A stretch of DNA of 64,000 nucleotides, from the NCBI RefSeq assembly GCF_014202645.1, contig NZ_JACHHG010000002.1:162180-226179 (forward strand), given 5' to 3'. This document shows, one piece after another, positions 41,501 to 50,853 of the stretch (the first letter of the stretch is position 1; each line of letters begins with the position of its first letter). Source of the DNA: Deinobacterium chartae (GTDB lineage Bacteria > Deinococcota > Deinococci > Deinococcales > Deinococcaceae). Position numbers and translations under genes: made by a program. Below the pieces are notes generated by a model. It saw nothing but the letters and a program-made list of their open reading frames with translations. It did not search any database and was not told the DNA's origin.

Positions 41501-41895
41501 CGCGGCAGCGAGCCACGAATGCCCGCCACGCGCTGCGACACCTCGACCGCCACCTGGTCCACGCTCTTGCCGAGCTGGAACTGCACCACCACCTGCGAGA
41601 AGCCCTCTCCGCTCGAGGAGGAGATCGTGTCGATTCCCACCAGGGTGGTGAGCTGGTCCTCGATCGGCTTGGACACCTGGTTGGCGATTTCCTCGGGGCC
41701 CGCGCCGGGGTACACGGTCGTGACCGCGACCACCGGCACGTCGAACTTGGGCATCAGGTCCACGCCGACGCGCGGTATGGTGATCAGACCGAACAGGATC
41801 AGGGCGCCGAAGATCGCGAAGGTCAGAACAAAACGGTCAACGAAAAAGCGGATCAGGGGGTTGTCGGCAACAGGCTTGTCGCTCTTGGCACTCAC
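38512..41895 (-). CDS. RND efflux transporter permease (AcrB/HAE1 family)
   Basis: 1127 aa, 12-TM RND architecture with an AcrB-like N-terminus. Confidence 0.9.
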   Translation of the reverse strand: MSAKSDKPVADNPLIRFFVDRFVLTFAIFGALILFGLITIPRVGVDLMPKFDVPVVAVTTVYPGAGPEEIANQVSKPIEDQLTTLVGIDTISSSSGEGFSQVVVQFQLGKSVDQVAVEVSQRVAGIRGSLPRDAEEPVVSKFDPTAQPILSVALEAPGRDLTEVARYAEDTLKPKLQRVDGVTDVQVTGGPEREIQVLLNPARMQTFGLSPAAVSNAIASASFTQSAGSISSNGQRTLFSLRNEARRPEEIAAILVDAQRGLRVSDVATVRDTSATPTSYSRLNGQPVVTLSVRKSSDSNAVSVADELRALLKETKFPAGYSARIVSDTTEVIKATVEDTFIETLLTVAVVSVIVLIFLGKLNTVFSTVLAIPISVIGAIIVFGLFGFTFNIVSLLAIIVAVGIVVDDSIVVAENIERYRSMGYGLRESVLKGGSEVISAVSASTLSLLAVFLPISFLPGIIGQFFQQFGIVLAAAVFVSWIEALFFLTVRMAYFPDPVTPTWREVGRMFGSGQAFRVAFKVWFRNPFSLLLLAVLAIGTAVSLARIQPLYALGALVLVAVYPLLLGAVLYVFRIVFGAFGALSTSVHSASEIGFERAQNVYARSLGAALRRPGLVLAAGGLVFASIVVVGPMLPFNFVPKTDDGLIQISLDLPKGTSLSETDAITRRVENYLLADEQVETIETAVGTSSNVLAGNANAERADLTVTLKPKHERAPVWTVAEGYREAFAEIFANRPELEYRVTVPDGGPGGAADFQLILNAPTPEMLAEHNARLVEALRATGYFSDVRSSLSETNTEQVFMPDNAQLSGSGLTAQDIAATLRAYNAGGQAAVLRQSGQEYPIIVRGDPRFVATESDLLSLPVYSNALRQSVPLGSLGHFQPQQTPATLARTNQIYSAGINANFRPGAPGLLQVQTEVNRLLTEKGIINDQVTLGSSGDAELVGDLATAAPLAFLLALLLNYLVIASQFNSFRYPMYILLTVPLALVGAFWAAALMGTGLDIISMLGTVLLIGLVTKNAILLLDFVVRGTRNLDLRASLVEAGRLRLRPITMTTMTVLVISLPLLLGIGQGGELRKPLGVIILGGVLSGTLLTLYVVPAAFYLFERRRYERGQTLVKSDSGPVGVPAD

Positions 41896-43118
41896 TTCAC
41901 CACCTCGAGGAGTTCACCGCCGGCCAGTTCGGTCGGCAGCGGGTACACCACCTGCGTTCCGGCCTCGAGGCCCGAGACGACCACACGGCCCTCGGACTCG
42001 GCGAGGATCTGAACGCCAAGCGGTTCGGCGCGGTTGCCACCTTGCACGGTCAGCACCTCGGTCTTGCCGCCCTGGGTGCGGAGCGCTCCGGCGGGGAGCA
42101 GCGTGCCCTCGCCCAGCTCGAGCGAGTAGCGCAGCGTGGCGGTTCCACCGACCGGCAAATCGCTGCTGGCCACGCGCGCAACCAGTTCCACCAGGCGGTC
42201 CTCGCCGGGCAGGGTGCCGCGCCGCACCAGGCGGGCACGGTAGTTCTTGCCGCCGTAGGCGATGACCAGCGGGGTATCACTGGTGATGGCACCGGCCTGC
42301 TCGGGCGGCAGGCGGAAAGTCGCCTCGAGGGCCGAGGTGTCCGCCAGCGTGAAGGCCTCGGCTCCGGACGAGAGGAACTCGCCCGGGTTCACCCGCACGT
42401 CCGAGATCACGCCCGCGAACGGGGCACGCACCCGGGTGTCGGCCAGGGCCTTGCGGGCGTTGACGACCTTGTTCTGGGCCTGCTCGAGCTGCACGCGCAG
42501 CAGCGCGATATCCTCGGTGTTTGCGCGCTGGGCGCGGGCCAACTGTTCCTGGGCGCTCTCGAGCGAGCTGCGGGCCTGCGCGACTTGGGCCTCGAGGTTG
42601 TCGAGGTCAAGCTTGGCAATGCCGCCTGCCGGATAGAGCTGCTGGCCCTCCTGGAACTTGTTGCGGGCCACCTCGAGGGCAAGGGCGGCGCTGCGCACCT
42701 GAGCTTCGAGGGTGGCGACGTTGCCGCTCTGGCCAGCCTGAGCCTTCTCGAGGTTGATGCGGGCGGTCTGGACCGAGAGCTCGGCGTCCGCAAGCTGATT
42801 GGCAACCGTGTCGTCCTCGAGGACCAGCACCGCCTGGTTGGCAGCGACGCGCTGACCTTCGCGGACCAGGATCTGATCGACCCGGCCGGTGGCGGCGGAG
42901 GCAACCTTGCTCTGGCGTACCGGCTGCAGGGTCACGGCGACGCTGCGGCGGCTTTCGAGCGTGCCCTGCTCGGCGCTGATCACCCGGACTTTCTGCGGCT
43001 GCTCCTTCACCGACGAGGCGGTGGGCACCACCGCGTCCTTGTTCTCGGCAGCGGGCGGACGGCAGGCCGCCAGGGCCAGGGTGAGCGCGGCGACGGCGAA
43101 AATGACGCGGGTCTTCAC
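41892..43118 (-). CDS. RND efflux periplasmic adaptor (membrane fusion protein)
   Basis: Lipoprotein-like N-terminus, HlyD/MFP coiled-coil and beta-barrel domains. 4-bp overlaps with both neighbours. Confidence 0.8.
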   Translation of the reverse strand: MKTRVIFAVAALTLALAACRPPAAENKDAVVPTASSVKEQPQKVRVISAEQGTLESRRSVAVTLQPVRQSKVASAATGRVDQILVREGQRVAANQAVLVLEDDTVANQLADAELSVQTARINLEKAQAGQSGNVATLEAQVRSAALALEVARNKFQEGQQLYPAGGIAKLDLDNLEAQVAQARSSLESAQEQLARAQRANTEDIALLRVQLEQAQNKVVNARKALADTRVRAPFAGVISDVRVNPGEFLSSGAEAFTLADTSALEATFRLPPEQAGAITSDTPLVIAYGGKNYRARLVRRGTLPGEDRLVELVARVASSDLPVGGTATLRYSLELGEGTLLPAGALRTQGGKTEVLTVQGGNRAEPLGVQILAESEGRVVVSGLEAGTQVVYPLPTELAGGELLEVVK

Positions 43119-44239
43119 CGGGTGCCCCCGTTACCGGGCTGCTGCGGGCTCTGCGGATTCTGCGGGCTCTGGAGCAGCGCGGGGGTCTCGGCGGGCTGCA
43201 CCACCGGCGCCTGGGGCAGCGCGCCCGAAGAGGCGCTGTTCCCGGTGGCTCCGCCCGAGAGCAGGTTGTAGTAGTTCTTGAGGTAGAGGTTCTTGGCCTG
43301 CAGGGCAGCCAGTTCGGCCTGCAGCGTGCGCACCTCGGTCTGGGCAAAGGCCACCTGGCTGATCAGCCCGCGCTGCAGTCGCTTGCGGTCCACCTCGAGG
43401 GTTGCCAGGGCGTTGTTCTTGGCGGCGTCTTGCACCGAGACGTTCTTGTAGGCACTGAGGGTCTGGTCGAACAGGTTCTGGACCTGCAGGCGCTCGGAGT
43501 TGCGCAGGTCGGCGAGGTTCTGCTGTGCGCTGCGCCAGTTGCTGGTGGCGGCATCGATCTCGGCCAGGGCCGAGTAGGCCGGGTCGAGCAGCTGGCGCTG
43601 AACGTCGGCGAGTTCTACGGCCTGGGTGAGCTGCGCCAGGTTCGCCGAGCGCGCCAGAACCGACTCCACCACGGCGGCGGTGGGCGGGGTGGGGAGCTTC
43701 TCGGGCTCGCTGAGCTTGGTGAAGCTGCCGATCAGGTTGCGCAGGTTGGTCTTGGCAAGTTCCAGCGCGTCCTTGGCGGTGGCGGTGGACTTGCGCGCAT
43801 CCTCGAGGGCGCGCTGCGCGTCGCGCAGGTCAAGCTGGGTACCGCTGCCGTTGCGCAGGCGGATCTGGGCAATATTGACGTTGCGCTCGGCCAGGCTCTC
43901 GGATTTGATGGCGAGGCCCACCTGCTCCTGGGCCTCGAGCACGCCGGTGTAGGCCGAGACGATCTGGGCCTGGGCGGCGCGGCGGGTCGAATCGAGCTTG
44001 ACCTTGGCCAGGGCGAGGCGCTGGGTCGCCTGTACCTTCCCCAGGCGGGTCAGCAGCGGATCGGCCAGCTGACGGTCGGCGTTCTGCTGCGCGTCGCTCA
44101 CCTCGAGGGCAGCGAGCTGCACGCTGCTGACGTTCTCGGCCTTGGCCAGGGCGGACTCGAGGGTGTAGTTCTGGGCCTGGGCAGCACCCATGGACACGGC
44201 GACCGTGAGTACGAGCGCGGAGAGGGGGGCGGTTTTCAT
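43115..44239 (-). CDS. TolC-family outer membrane efflux protein (half-length)
   Basis: Signal peptide. OEP repeats. 374 aa. Confidence 0.7.
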   Translation of the reverse strand: MKTAPLSALVLTVAVSMGAAQAQNYTLESALAKAENVSSVQLAALEVSDAQQNADRQLADPLLTRLGKVQATQRLALAKVKLDSTRRAAQAQIVSAYTGVLEAQEQVGLAIKSESLAERNVNIAQIRLRNGSGTQLDLRDAQRALEDARKSTATAKDALELAKTNLRNLIGSFTKLSEPEKLPTPPTAAVVESVLARSANLAQLTQAVELADVQRQLLDPAYSALAEIDAATSNWRSAQQNLADLRNSERLQVQNLFDQTLSAYKNVSVQDAAKNNALATLEVDRKRLQRGLISQVAFAQTEVRTLQAELAALQAKNLYLKNYYNLLSGGATGNSASSGALPQAPVVQPAETPALLQSPQNPQSPQQPGNGGTR

Positions 44240-45522
44240 TTCTTCACCTCGCTGAGCGGGAGAGCATAGTGACGGTAGATATCGAGCAGTTTTCCGAGAC
44301 GGTCGAACTGGGCCTGTTGCAGGGCCAAGCGGGCCTGCGCGAGCTCGGCCGAAGCCCGCAGCACGGCGAGCGGGCTCAGCAGGCCCAGGCGCTGGCGCTC
44401 CTGCGCCTCGCTCAGGGCCTGGGCGGCGTCGCTGACCGCCTGGGTCTTCAGGTCAATCTGGCGTTCGGCCTGGCGGTAGGCCACCTCGAGGCTGGTCGCC
44501 TGCAGGTCGGCGCTGCGGCGCGCGGCCTCGAGGTCGGCCTCGGCGGCGCGCAGCGAGGTCTGAGCAGCGTCCAAGTTGGCGTAGGTGGCCGGCGAGAAAT
44601 CGAAGGCCACGCCCAGGGTGACCGTCTGGCGGATCTTGGGCGAGCTGCTGCCCAGCGTGCTCTGGCGCGGGTCTTCGAAACTGTAGTTGAGCTTGGGGGC
44701 GAGGTTGCGCGAGTCGACGCTCAGACCGAACGACGAGGTGTCGGTGGCGTAGTTGGTGTAGCTGAGGCTGGCGGTGGGGATCACACCGCGCTGCGCGCTG
44801 TTCAGCGCGATGCGGGCCTGTTCGAGCGCGATGCGGGCGCGCAGTTCCTCGGGCGTGCTGGTGCGGGCGGGCAGGGCGGGCAGCTCGACCGGTCCGGGGG
44901 TCGCGTCCCCGACCAGGCTGCGCAGCGAGACCTCGGCGAGGGTCACGTTCTCTTCGGCGCTGCGCAGGCGCTCTTGCGCCTCGCGGTAGGCGGTCTCGGC
45001 CGAGCGCAAGTCGGCGGTCGGAATAGCCCCCCGCTCGGCCTGGACGCGCGCGGCCTCGAGGCTGGCCCGGGCCGTCTGCTCGCCGCTGCGGGCCACGGTG
45101 AGGGCTTCGCCTGCCAGTTGGAGCTGATAGGCGGCCTGCAGGGCCTGGGCCTCGAGGGTGGCGAGGGCCTGACGGTAACCCAGGCGCGCCTGTTGCACCG
45201 CCAGTTCGGCGCGAGCAACCGCGTCGGCGTTATCGCCGAAAGGAAGCGGCTTGAGCGTCAGGTCGATGCTGGCACTCAGGCCGTCGGCGCTGCGCGGCAG
45301 CGGGGGTTGGGCGTCGAGCTCGGCCCAGTTGTAACCGGCCCGCCCCTGCACTCCGTAAAGGGTCCGGGTACCGGCGGCCTGGGTCTCGGCCGCCTTGAGC
45401 TGCGAGCGGGCGGCCTCGAGGCTGGGATGGTCTTGCAGTCGGGAGAAAAACACGCTCAGGCTCTGGGCCGAAGCGCTCCCGATCAGCAGTGCGGCCGAGA
45501 GGAGCAAGGCTCTAGCGCGCAC
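44236..45522 (-). CDS. TolC-family outer membrane efflux protein (second copy)
   Basis: 428 aa, signal peptide, OEP repeats. Translationally coupled to the other TolC copy. Confidence 0.7.
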   Translation of the reverse strand: MRARALLLSAALLIGSASAQSLSVFFSRLQDHPSLEAARSQLKAAETQAAGTRTLYGVQGRAGYNWAELDAQPPLPRSADGLSASIDLTLKPLPFGDNADAVARAELAVQQARLGYRQALATLEAQALQAAYQLQLAGEALTVARSGEQTARASLEAARVQAERGAIPTADLRSAETAYREAQERLRSAEENVTLAEVSLRSLVGDATPGPVELPALPARTSTPEELRARIALEQARIALNSAQRGVIPTASLSYTNYATDTSSFGLSVDSRNLAPKLNYSFEDPRQSTLGSSSPKIRQTVTLGVAFDFSPATYANLDAAQTSLRAAEADLEAARRSADLQATSLEVAYRQAERQIDLKTQAVSDAAQALSEAQERQRLGLLSPLAVLRASAELAQARLALQQAQFDRLGKLLDIYRHYALPLSEVKK

Positions 45523-45647
45523 GATGCGTTCTTCCTTTCATACGGTGTCCTCCGGGCGAGTTCGCCTCTCTGGCTGACCTTACGGAATCGTGCGGTCCGG
45601 GGTTGCGCCCGATGCGGTCGTAAATCGGGCCCGGCGAGGATATATGC

Positions 45648-46169
45648 CTACCCTCCGCCATTCGCACTACTGCGCTCGACATGCCAGTCGTACACGCCGT
45701 TTAGGATGTTTTGCAGCACCTGCAACTCCTCGAGTCCGAAGCGGGAGAGCATGTCCTGATACAGCGCTGACCCGCGTGTGTGCAGCGCCTCGAGGACCTC
45801 CTGCCCCTGCGGAGTCAGCTGCACCCGCACCACCCTGCGGTCGTGCGGGTCGGCGGCGCGCCGCAGGTAGCCGCTGCTTTCCAGCTTGTCGAGCGTGGCC
45901 GTGGTGGTCGCGGGGGCCAGGCCCATCGCACGGGCGATCTCGCTGACCGTGATTCCTGCCGGGGCCCCCTCGAGGATCTGCGGATGGCGACCGGCGAGCA
46001 GTTCGAGCACCATGAAGTGCGGAGGCAGCAGGCCGTAAGCGCCCAGCACCTCCTGGTTGAGGCGCTGGGCCAGCCAGATCAGGTCCAGTTGCCGCTGGTA
46101 GATGCGGGCAAGCAGTTGCTCGCGCTCTGCCTCGGGGACTATCGTTTGTTCATTCCCTGAAATATTCAC
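45648..46169 (-). CDS. MarR family transcriptional regulator (first gene of the efflux operon)
   Basis: MarR wHTH core, GTG start. Confidence 0.75.
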   Translation of the reverse strand: MNISGNEQTIVPEAEREQLLARIYQRQLDLIWLAQRLNQEVLGAYGLLPPHFMVLELLAGRHPQILEGAPAGITVSEIARAMGLAPATTTATLDKLESSGYLRRAADPHDRRVVRVQLTPQGQEVLEALHTRGSALYQDMLSRFGLEELQVLQNILNGVYDWHVERSSANGGG

Positions 46170-46294
46170 TAAATGATTATTTCGGTCATTGAATTACCGG
46201 GTCTGCATTCCCGGTCACAAAATGGTCCTCTGCACGGCAGGCCAAAGATCTATATCCGGATCTATAACCCTGCCGTCCGGCCTATGCTGACGGC
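46170..46294. promoter_or_regulatory. AT-rich divergent promoter/operator region between the MarR-efflux operon and the SDR gene
   Basis: IR AATGA-N9-TCATT (46172..46190). IR ACCGGG-N8-CCCGGT (46196..46215). Direct repeat GATCTATA x2 (46247..46266). TATGCT box 6 nt before the SDR ATG. Confidence 0.35.
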
Positions 46295-47044
46295 ATGACC
46301 CACCTTCCCCCACCCGGTCCACACGTCATCTTGACCGGTGCCTCGAGCGGCATCGGCGAGGCCACGGCCCGCGAACTGGTCGGGCGCGGCTACCGCGTGA
46401 CCCTGGCGGCGCGGCGCCTCGAGCGCCTCGAGGCCCTGCGCCGCGAGCTCGACACCGCCGGAGACCGTGTTCTGATCGTGCGCTGCGACGTCACCCTCGA
46501 GTCGGACCGCCTGGACCTGCTCGCGCAGGCGCGCCGGGTTTTCGGGCCCGTCGGCGTGCTGATCAACAATGCCGGGGTAGACAGCGGAGGACGCCGCTAC
46601 TGGGAACAGCCCGAGTCGGTTTCGAAGGTGCTGGAGACCAATTTGCTGGCCGCCATCGAACTGAGCGGCCTGGTCCTGCCCGAGATGCTCGAGCGCCGCT
46701 ATGGCCGTCTGATCCACGTCGGGTCGGTCGCGGGCCGCATCGGCATCTCGACGCTGTACGCCGCCTCCAAGTTTGGCCTGCGCGGCTTCTCGCTGGCGCT
46801 GCGGCGCGAACTGCTGGGCAGCGGCGTGACCTCATCGCTGGTCGCCCCCGGTTTCGTGCGCACCGAGATGACCGCCCGCCACCCGTTTCCCATGCCGGGC
46901 CCCGAGCCGGTCGCCCGCGCGGTTGCCCGGCTGATCGCGCGTCCCCGCGCCGAGGTGGTGGTCCCGGGCAGCTATCACGCGGTCATCGCCCTCGCGCACC
47001 TGTTTCCGGGCATCGTGGATTTTGCTGCCCGCCGGGTCCGCTAG
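46295..47044 (+). CDS. SDR family oxidoreductase
   Basis: TGASSGIG Rossmann motif and YxxxK catalytic motif (YAASK). Confidence 0.8.
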   Translation: MTHLPPPGPHVILTGASSGIGEATARELVGRGYRVTLAARRLERLEALRRELDTAGDRVLIVRCDVTLESDRLDLLAQARRVFGPVGVLINNAGVDSGGRRYWEQPESVSKVLETNLLAAIELSGLVLPEMLERRYGRLIHVGSVAGRIGISTLYAASKFGLRGFSLALRRELLGSGVTSSLVAPGFVRTEMTARHPFPMPGPEPVARAVARLIARPRAEVVVPGSYHAVIALAHLFPGIVDFAARRVR

Positions 47045-47131
47045 GACACGCTGCCCCAGCTCACGGTCGAGCATGAACGCCCGTTAGCGCGCGCATCACC
47101 CCTCCCACCCATCACGCGGTTAGCCTGACCT

Positions 47132-47398
47132 ATGGACGACGATCTCAAACCCCTGGGCAAATCGGTCGAGGAAGTCGAGCGCGAAAGCGGCGAGCGCGAT
47201 ACCAGCCACGACCCGGACGCGGCGCGGCGCGAAGACGGCGCTGGCCTGATTCCCCCGGCGGTCATTCCGGTCAGCGGCTTTCCCGGTCAGACCGCCGCCG
47301 CGATTCCCGCGGTGGCCACCGACCGCTTGGTCGATACCGACGGGGCCACCACCGAAAACCAGCACCCCGACGAGCCCACCGACAACGACCAGGCCTGA
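47132..47398 (+). CDS. small acidic hypothetical protein (88 aa)
   Basis: Acidic, low-complexity ORF followed by a hairpin at 47416..47440. Confidence 0.4.
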   Translation: MDDDLKPLGKSVEEVERESGERDTSHDPDAARREDGAGLIPPAVIPVSGFPGQTAAAIPAVATDRLVDTDGATTENQHPDEPTDNDQA

Positions 47399-47415
47399 AG
47401 GGCTTGATCCTGCCC

Positions 47416-47440
47416 GCCCGCCCGTACGGGCGGGCCTTTG
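47416..47440 (+). terminator. hairpin terminator (8-bp GC stem, loop gtac, then T-rich)
   Basis: GCCCGCCC gtac GGGCGGGC cttTg. Confidence 0.4.
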
Positions 47441-47508
47441 CTCACGCTGGCTGTGGATGATTTTTGCGCGCCCCACCTGTTAAACTCCGGCAAAACCGGA
47501 GGTGACTG

Positions 47509-47916
47509 ATGCGCGCAACCCTTCCGCTGGCCCTCGTGCTGCTCTCCTCGGCCCTCGCCGCCGCCCCCTTGAGCGGCAAACCCGCTGCCTATACCCAGGC
47601 TGCCTTCAAGGGTGCCGCCCTCAAAGGCGCCCCCTGCCCCGGCAACGACTTCGAAAACCGCCCGCTCGAGGTCGCCTGCGCGCTGTTTCCCGGAGACCTC
47701 GAGGCGGCCAAGCTCACCTGGAAGAAAAAAGCGCATCCCGCCCTCAAGAACGCCACGCTCTCCTACGACTGGATGCTGGACAAGGCGGGCAAAGGTGCCT
47801 GGCGGCTGTACATCCTCGAGAAATGGCCGTACATGGTGCAATTGACTCCGCAAGAAGGCGGGACGCTGGTGGTGGTCACCTACCAGCGCCCCGCCTTACC
47901 GGCCCCCAAACCGTAA
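47509..47916 (+). CDS. secreted hypothetical protein
   Basis: Signal peptide MRATLPLALVLLSSALAAAP. 135 aa. Confidence 0.5.
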   Translation: MRATLPLALVLLSSALAAAPLSGKPAAYTQAAFKGAALKGAPCPGNDFENRPLEVACALFPGDLEAAKLTWKKKAHPALKNATLSYDWMLDKAGKGAWRLYILEKWPYMVQLTPQEGGTLVVVTYQRPALPAPKP

Positions 47917-47919
47917 CAG

Positions 47920-48333
47920 CTAAAAACCCAGCAGGATAACCGTCCGGTCCCCCTCGAGGGTCGCCTCGTACAGCACCGGCGCAAGGCCGTGCCGCATCAG
48001 CGAGGTGTAGTAGGTGGGGCTGAGCTGGTCGTCGGTGCGCGGCACCAACCCCTGGTCGATCAGGTGATCGCGCAACTCCCGGAATTTGCGGCCCTGCACC
48101 TCGTACTGCTCGATGCGCAGCCGCCCGGCCCGCACCTCTTCGCGCGTCGTGCCTCCCTGCGGGCACGACTGCCGGTACCCGTCCGGCACCGGCCCGGCCG
48201 CGCCGCCCAGCAGGTAACCGGGCCGCTCGAGGCAGTAGGTGGCGGGATCGGTCCGCGCAAGCAGCGCGGCCGTGACGGCAGCCACCGCTACAGCGGCGGC
48301 CAGCGAAAACATCAGGGGACGGGAGAACGGCAT
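47920..48333 (-). CDS. hypothetical membrane-anchored protein
   Basis: 137 aa with an N-terminal hydrophobic anchor. Convergent with the preceding secreted-protein gene. Confidence 0.45.
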   Translation of the reverse strand: MPFSRPLMFSLAAAVAVAAVTAALLARTDPATYCLERPGYLLGGAAGPVPDGYRQSCPQGGTTREEVRAGRLRIEQYEVQGRKFRELRDHLIDQGLVPRTDDQLSPTYYTSLMRHGLAPVLYEATLEGDRTVILLGF

Positions 48334-48474
48334 TGCCTTCCAGTGTGGCCCCTGAGGGGCAAGACGGCAAGGCCGCGTGTCCCGATGTGGATCCGCAACT
48401 TTCTCGGGCTTGTTTTTGACCTGAAATTTCAGAAAGATGGAAATAAATTAAAAATTGCTTTATCAGGAGGAGTC

Positions 48475-48914
48475 ATGGGAGTGGACGCCCGCCCCGGTCG
48501 CGGCTTCTCGAAGTAACCCCGCCCATCAGCGATTCTGCCGAGCCCCCGGCTACCTCTCCCGTAGCAGAACCGCGGCTTCCTGATCTCAGCGACGAGGAAA
48601 AGGCTTTCCTGCTTCACATCAACGCGCTTCTTGAGCGGCACGGTCACGCACCCGTCCAGCCGGACCGTGAAGATCCTGCGCGCCTCGAGTTGCACTGTGG
48701 TCAACTTGACCGGTGGTTTGCACGCCTTTTCGTAAACCGGCCCGAGCGCCGCTACATGGTCCTGCGGCTTGATGGCAGCCGAGCCCGCACCCTGCAACCA
48801 GAGCGCACCTTCTACGATGTTCCAGACGGGATCCGGGTGTATGTTGACAGTGCCGAAGATCTATCCCAACTGGAACCTCTGGTGCTTGAAGCCCGGCAGT
48901 TGACGCTCGCTTAA
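48475..48914 (+). pseudogene. hypothetical gene with an apparent -1 frameshift (SD-preceded ATG at 48475; body in the frame of ORF 48690..48914)
   Basis: AGGAGGA-N7-ATG opens a 13-codon ORF (MGVDARPGRGFSK*). The -1 frame is open from 48451 and protein-like for ~60 codons before the first canonical start (TTG 48690, no SD). A possible slip site is CGCCCGCCCC. Confidence 0.35.
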
Positions 48915-49015
48915 AGAACTCGTCTTGAGACGGCAACTTTTCCAAGCGCACAATGGGTCAAGACGAGCGGCCACCTCGAGGCATCTTTCGGGACAGGGCT
49001 GCTGGAGGAGGACTT

Positions 49016-49177
49016 ATGCACACGCTGATGTGGCTGGGTGGCCTGCTGATCGTCCTGTGGGTGTTAGGGGCGCTGCTGAAGTTCGGCGGACAACTGATTC
49101 ACCTCGCACTGCTGGCCGGTGTGGCAGTGATCATCATCGGGCTCGTGACCGGGCGCTGGCCCCGCAGCCGTTCCTGA
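49016..49177 (+). CDS. small hydrophobic membrane protein (53 aa)
   Basis: GGAGGAGGA SD, then MHTLMWLGGLLIVLWVLGALLKFGG...: two TM helices. Confidence 0.5.
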   Translation: MHTLMWLGGLLIVLWVLGALLKFGGQLIHLALLAGVAVIIIGLVTGRWPRSRS

Positions 49178-49180
49178 GGT

Positions 49181-50677
49181 TCACTCGAACAGCCGGGTGC
49201 GGTAGGCGGTCGCCTCGGCCAGGTGCGTCTCCCGCACCCGCTCGCTGCCCTCGAGGTCGGCCACCGTGCGCGCCACCCGCAGCAGGCGATCAAATCCGCG
49301 CCCGCTGAGGCCCAGCCTCGAGGCAGCCGAGCGCGCGAAACCCTCGGCGGCACCCTCGAGGCGGGCGTGGCAGCGCAGCGCGCTGCCCAGCAGCGCGGCG
49401 TTGCGCGTTCCCTGGCGCTCCACCATGCGCGCGCGCGCGGCGGCAACGCGCTCGCGCACGTGTGCGGAGGACTCGCCCTCGGGCGCGCGGGTGAGTTCGT
49501 CCACGGTCAGGCGCGGCACCGACACCACCAGGTCGATGCGGTCAAGCACCGGGCCGCTGAGCCGCGCGAGGTAACGCGCACGCTCGGCGGGCGAGCAGAC
49601 GCAGGCCCGCGAGGGGTCGCCCAGGTGCCCGCAGGGGCAGGGATTCATGGCGGCGATCAGCTGAAAGCGCGCCGGGTAAATGACGCTGGCCCGAGCGCGA
49701 GAAATCGAGACCACGCCGTCCTCGAGCGGTTGCCGCAGTGCCTCGAGGGCCTTGCGCGAGAACTCGGGGAATTCGTCGAGGAACAGCACCCCGTGATGCG
49801 CGAGGCTGACCTCGCCGGGGCGCGGGAGGCTGCCGCCGCCGATCAGTCCGGCGTCGCTCACCGTGTGGTGCGGGGCGCGGTAGGGAGCCTGCCGCAGCAG
49901 GCCGCGCCCGCCGAGTTGCCCGGCAGCCGAGTGAATGCGGGTCACCTCGAGGGCTTCGCCCGCGGTGAGCGGGGGCAGCAGGCCCGGGGCGCGGCGGGCC
50001 AGCAGGGTCTTGCCGCTGCCGGGCGGACCGACCAGCAGCAGGTTGTGCCCGCCGGCCAGGGCGATCTCGAGGGCGCGGCGGCCCTGTGCCTGGCCTTTGA
50101 CGTCACTGAGGCAGGCGAAGCTCTCGGCGGGGTCCGCCGGGGCGGCGGGCCGAGCGGGTGCGAGGGTCTGGCGGCCGCTGAGGTGCTCGAGGGCGGCGCG
50201 CAGGCTGGCGGGGGCCAGCACGGTCACACCTTCGACCGCGCAGGCTTCGGGGGCGTTGGCATGGGGTACCAGCGCGGTCCGTCCGGTTTCGGCGGCCTTG
50301 AGGGCCAAGTTGATCGCACCGGGTACGGCGCGCAGTTCGCCGTCCAAGGCAAGTTCGCCCGCGATCAGCAGGTCTGCCAGGGCCTCGGGGGCGAACAGGC
50401 CCTGGGCGGCCAGCAGACACAGCGCGATGGGCAGGTCGAACAGCGGGCCTTCCTTGCGCAGGTCGGCCGGGGCAAGGTTGACCGTGATGCGGGCAGCCGG
50501 GAAGGGCAGGTGGGCGTTGCGGATCGCGGCGCGCACGCGTTCGCGCGCCTCGCTGACCGCCTGGTCGGGCAGGCCCACGACCGTGAAGGCGGGCAAACCG
50601 GCGGCCACGTCGACCTCGACCGTGACCAAGACGGCGTCTACGCCGACCAGGGTGACGCTGGTGGCCTTTGCGAGCAT
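49181..50677 (-). CDS. comM: YifB/ComM family Mg-chelatase-like AAA+ ATPase
   Basis: N-terminal Lon-SSD-like domain, Walker [10 protein letters not shown]-terminal ChlI-like domain. Confidence 0.8.
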   Translation of the reverse strand: MLAKATSVTLVGVDAVLVTVEVDVAAGLPAFTVVGLPDQAVSEARERVRAAIRNAHLPFPAARITVNLAPADLRKEGPLFDLPIALCLLAAQGLFAPEALADLLIAGELALDGELRAVPGAINLALKAAETGRTALVPHANAPEACAVEGVTVLAPASLRAALEHLSGRQTLAPARPAAPADPAESFACLSDVKGQAQGRRALEIALAGGHNLLLVGPPGSGKTLLARRAPGLLPPLTAGEALEVTRIHSAAGQLGGRGLLRQAPYRAPHHTVSDAGLIGGGSLPRPGEVSLAHHGVLFLDEFPEFSRKALEALRQPLEDGVVSISRARASVIYPARFQLIAAMNPCPCGHLGDPSRACVCSPAERARYLARLSGPVLDRIDLVVSVPRLTVDELTRAPEGESSAHVRERVAAARARMVERQGTRNAALLGSALRCHARLEGAAEGFARSAASRLGLSGRGFDRLLRVARTVADLEGSERVRETHLAEATAYRTRLFE

Positions 50678-50853
50678 GAGAAGATTGTACGAAACCCGAA
50701 CGCCGTGCATGGCCTCTCATGACCCAAACCTGATTCGACCTAAAGACTCATGTTCAGGCGGCCGCTTAGAGGCTTATCTCACCTTTGACGCCGACCCTGA
50801 AGCCCCCGCCAAAAAATAGTGATCAGATCGGGTTTTCGCTGCTCGCTGAACCT

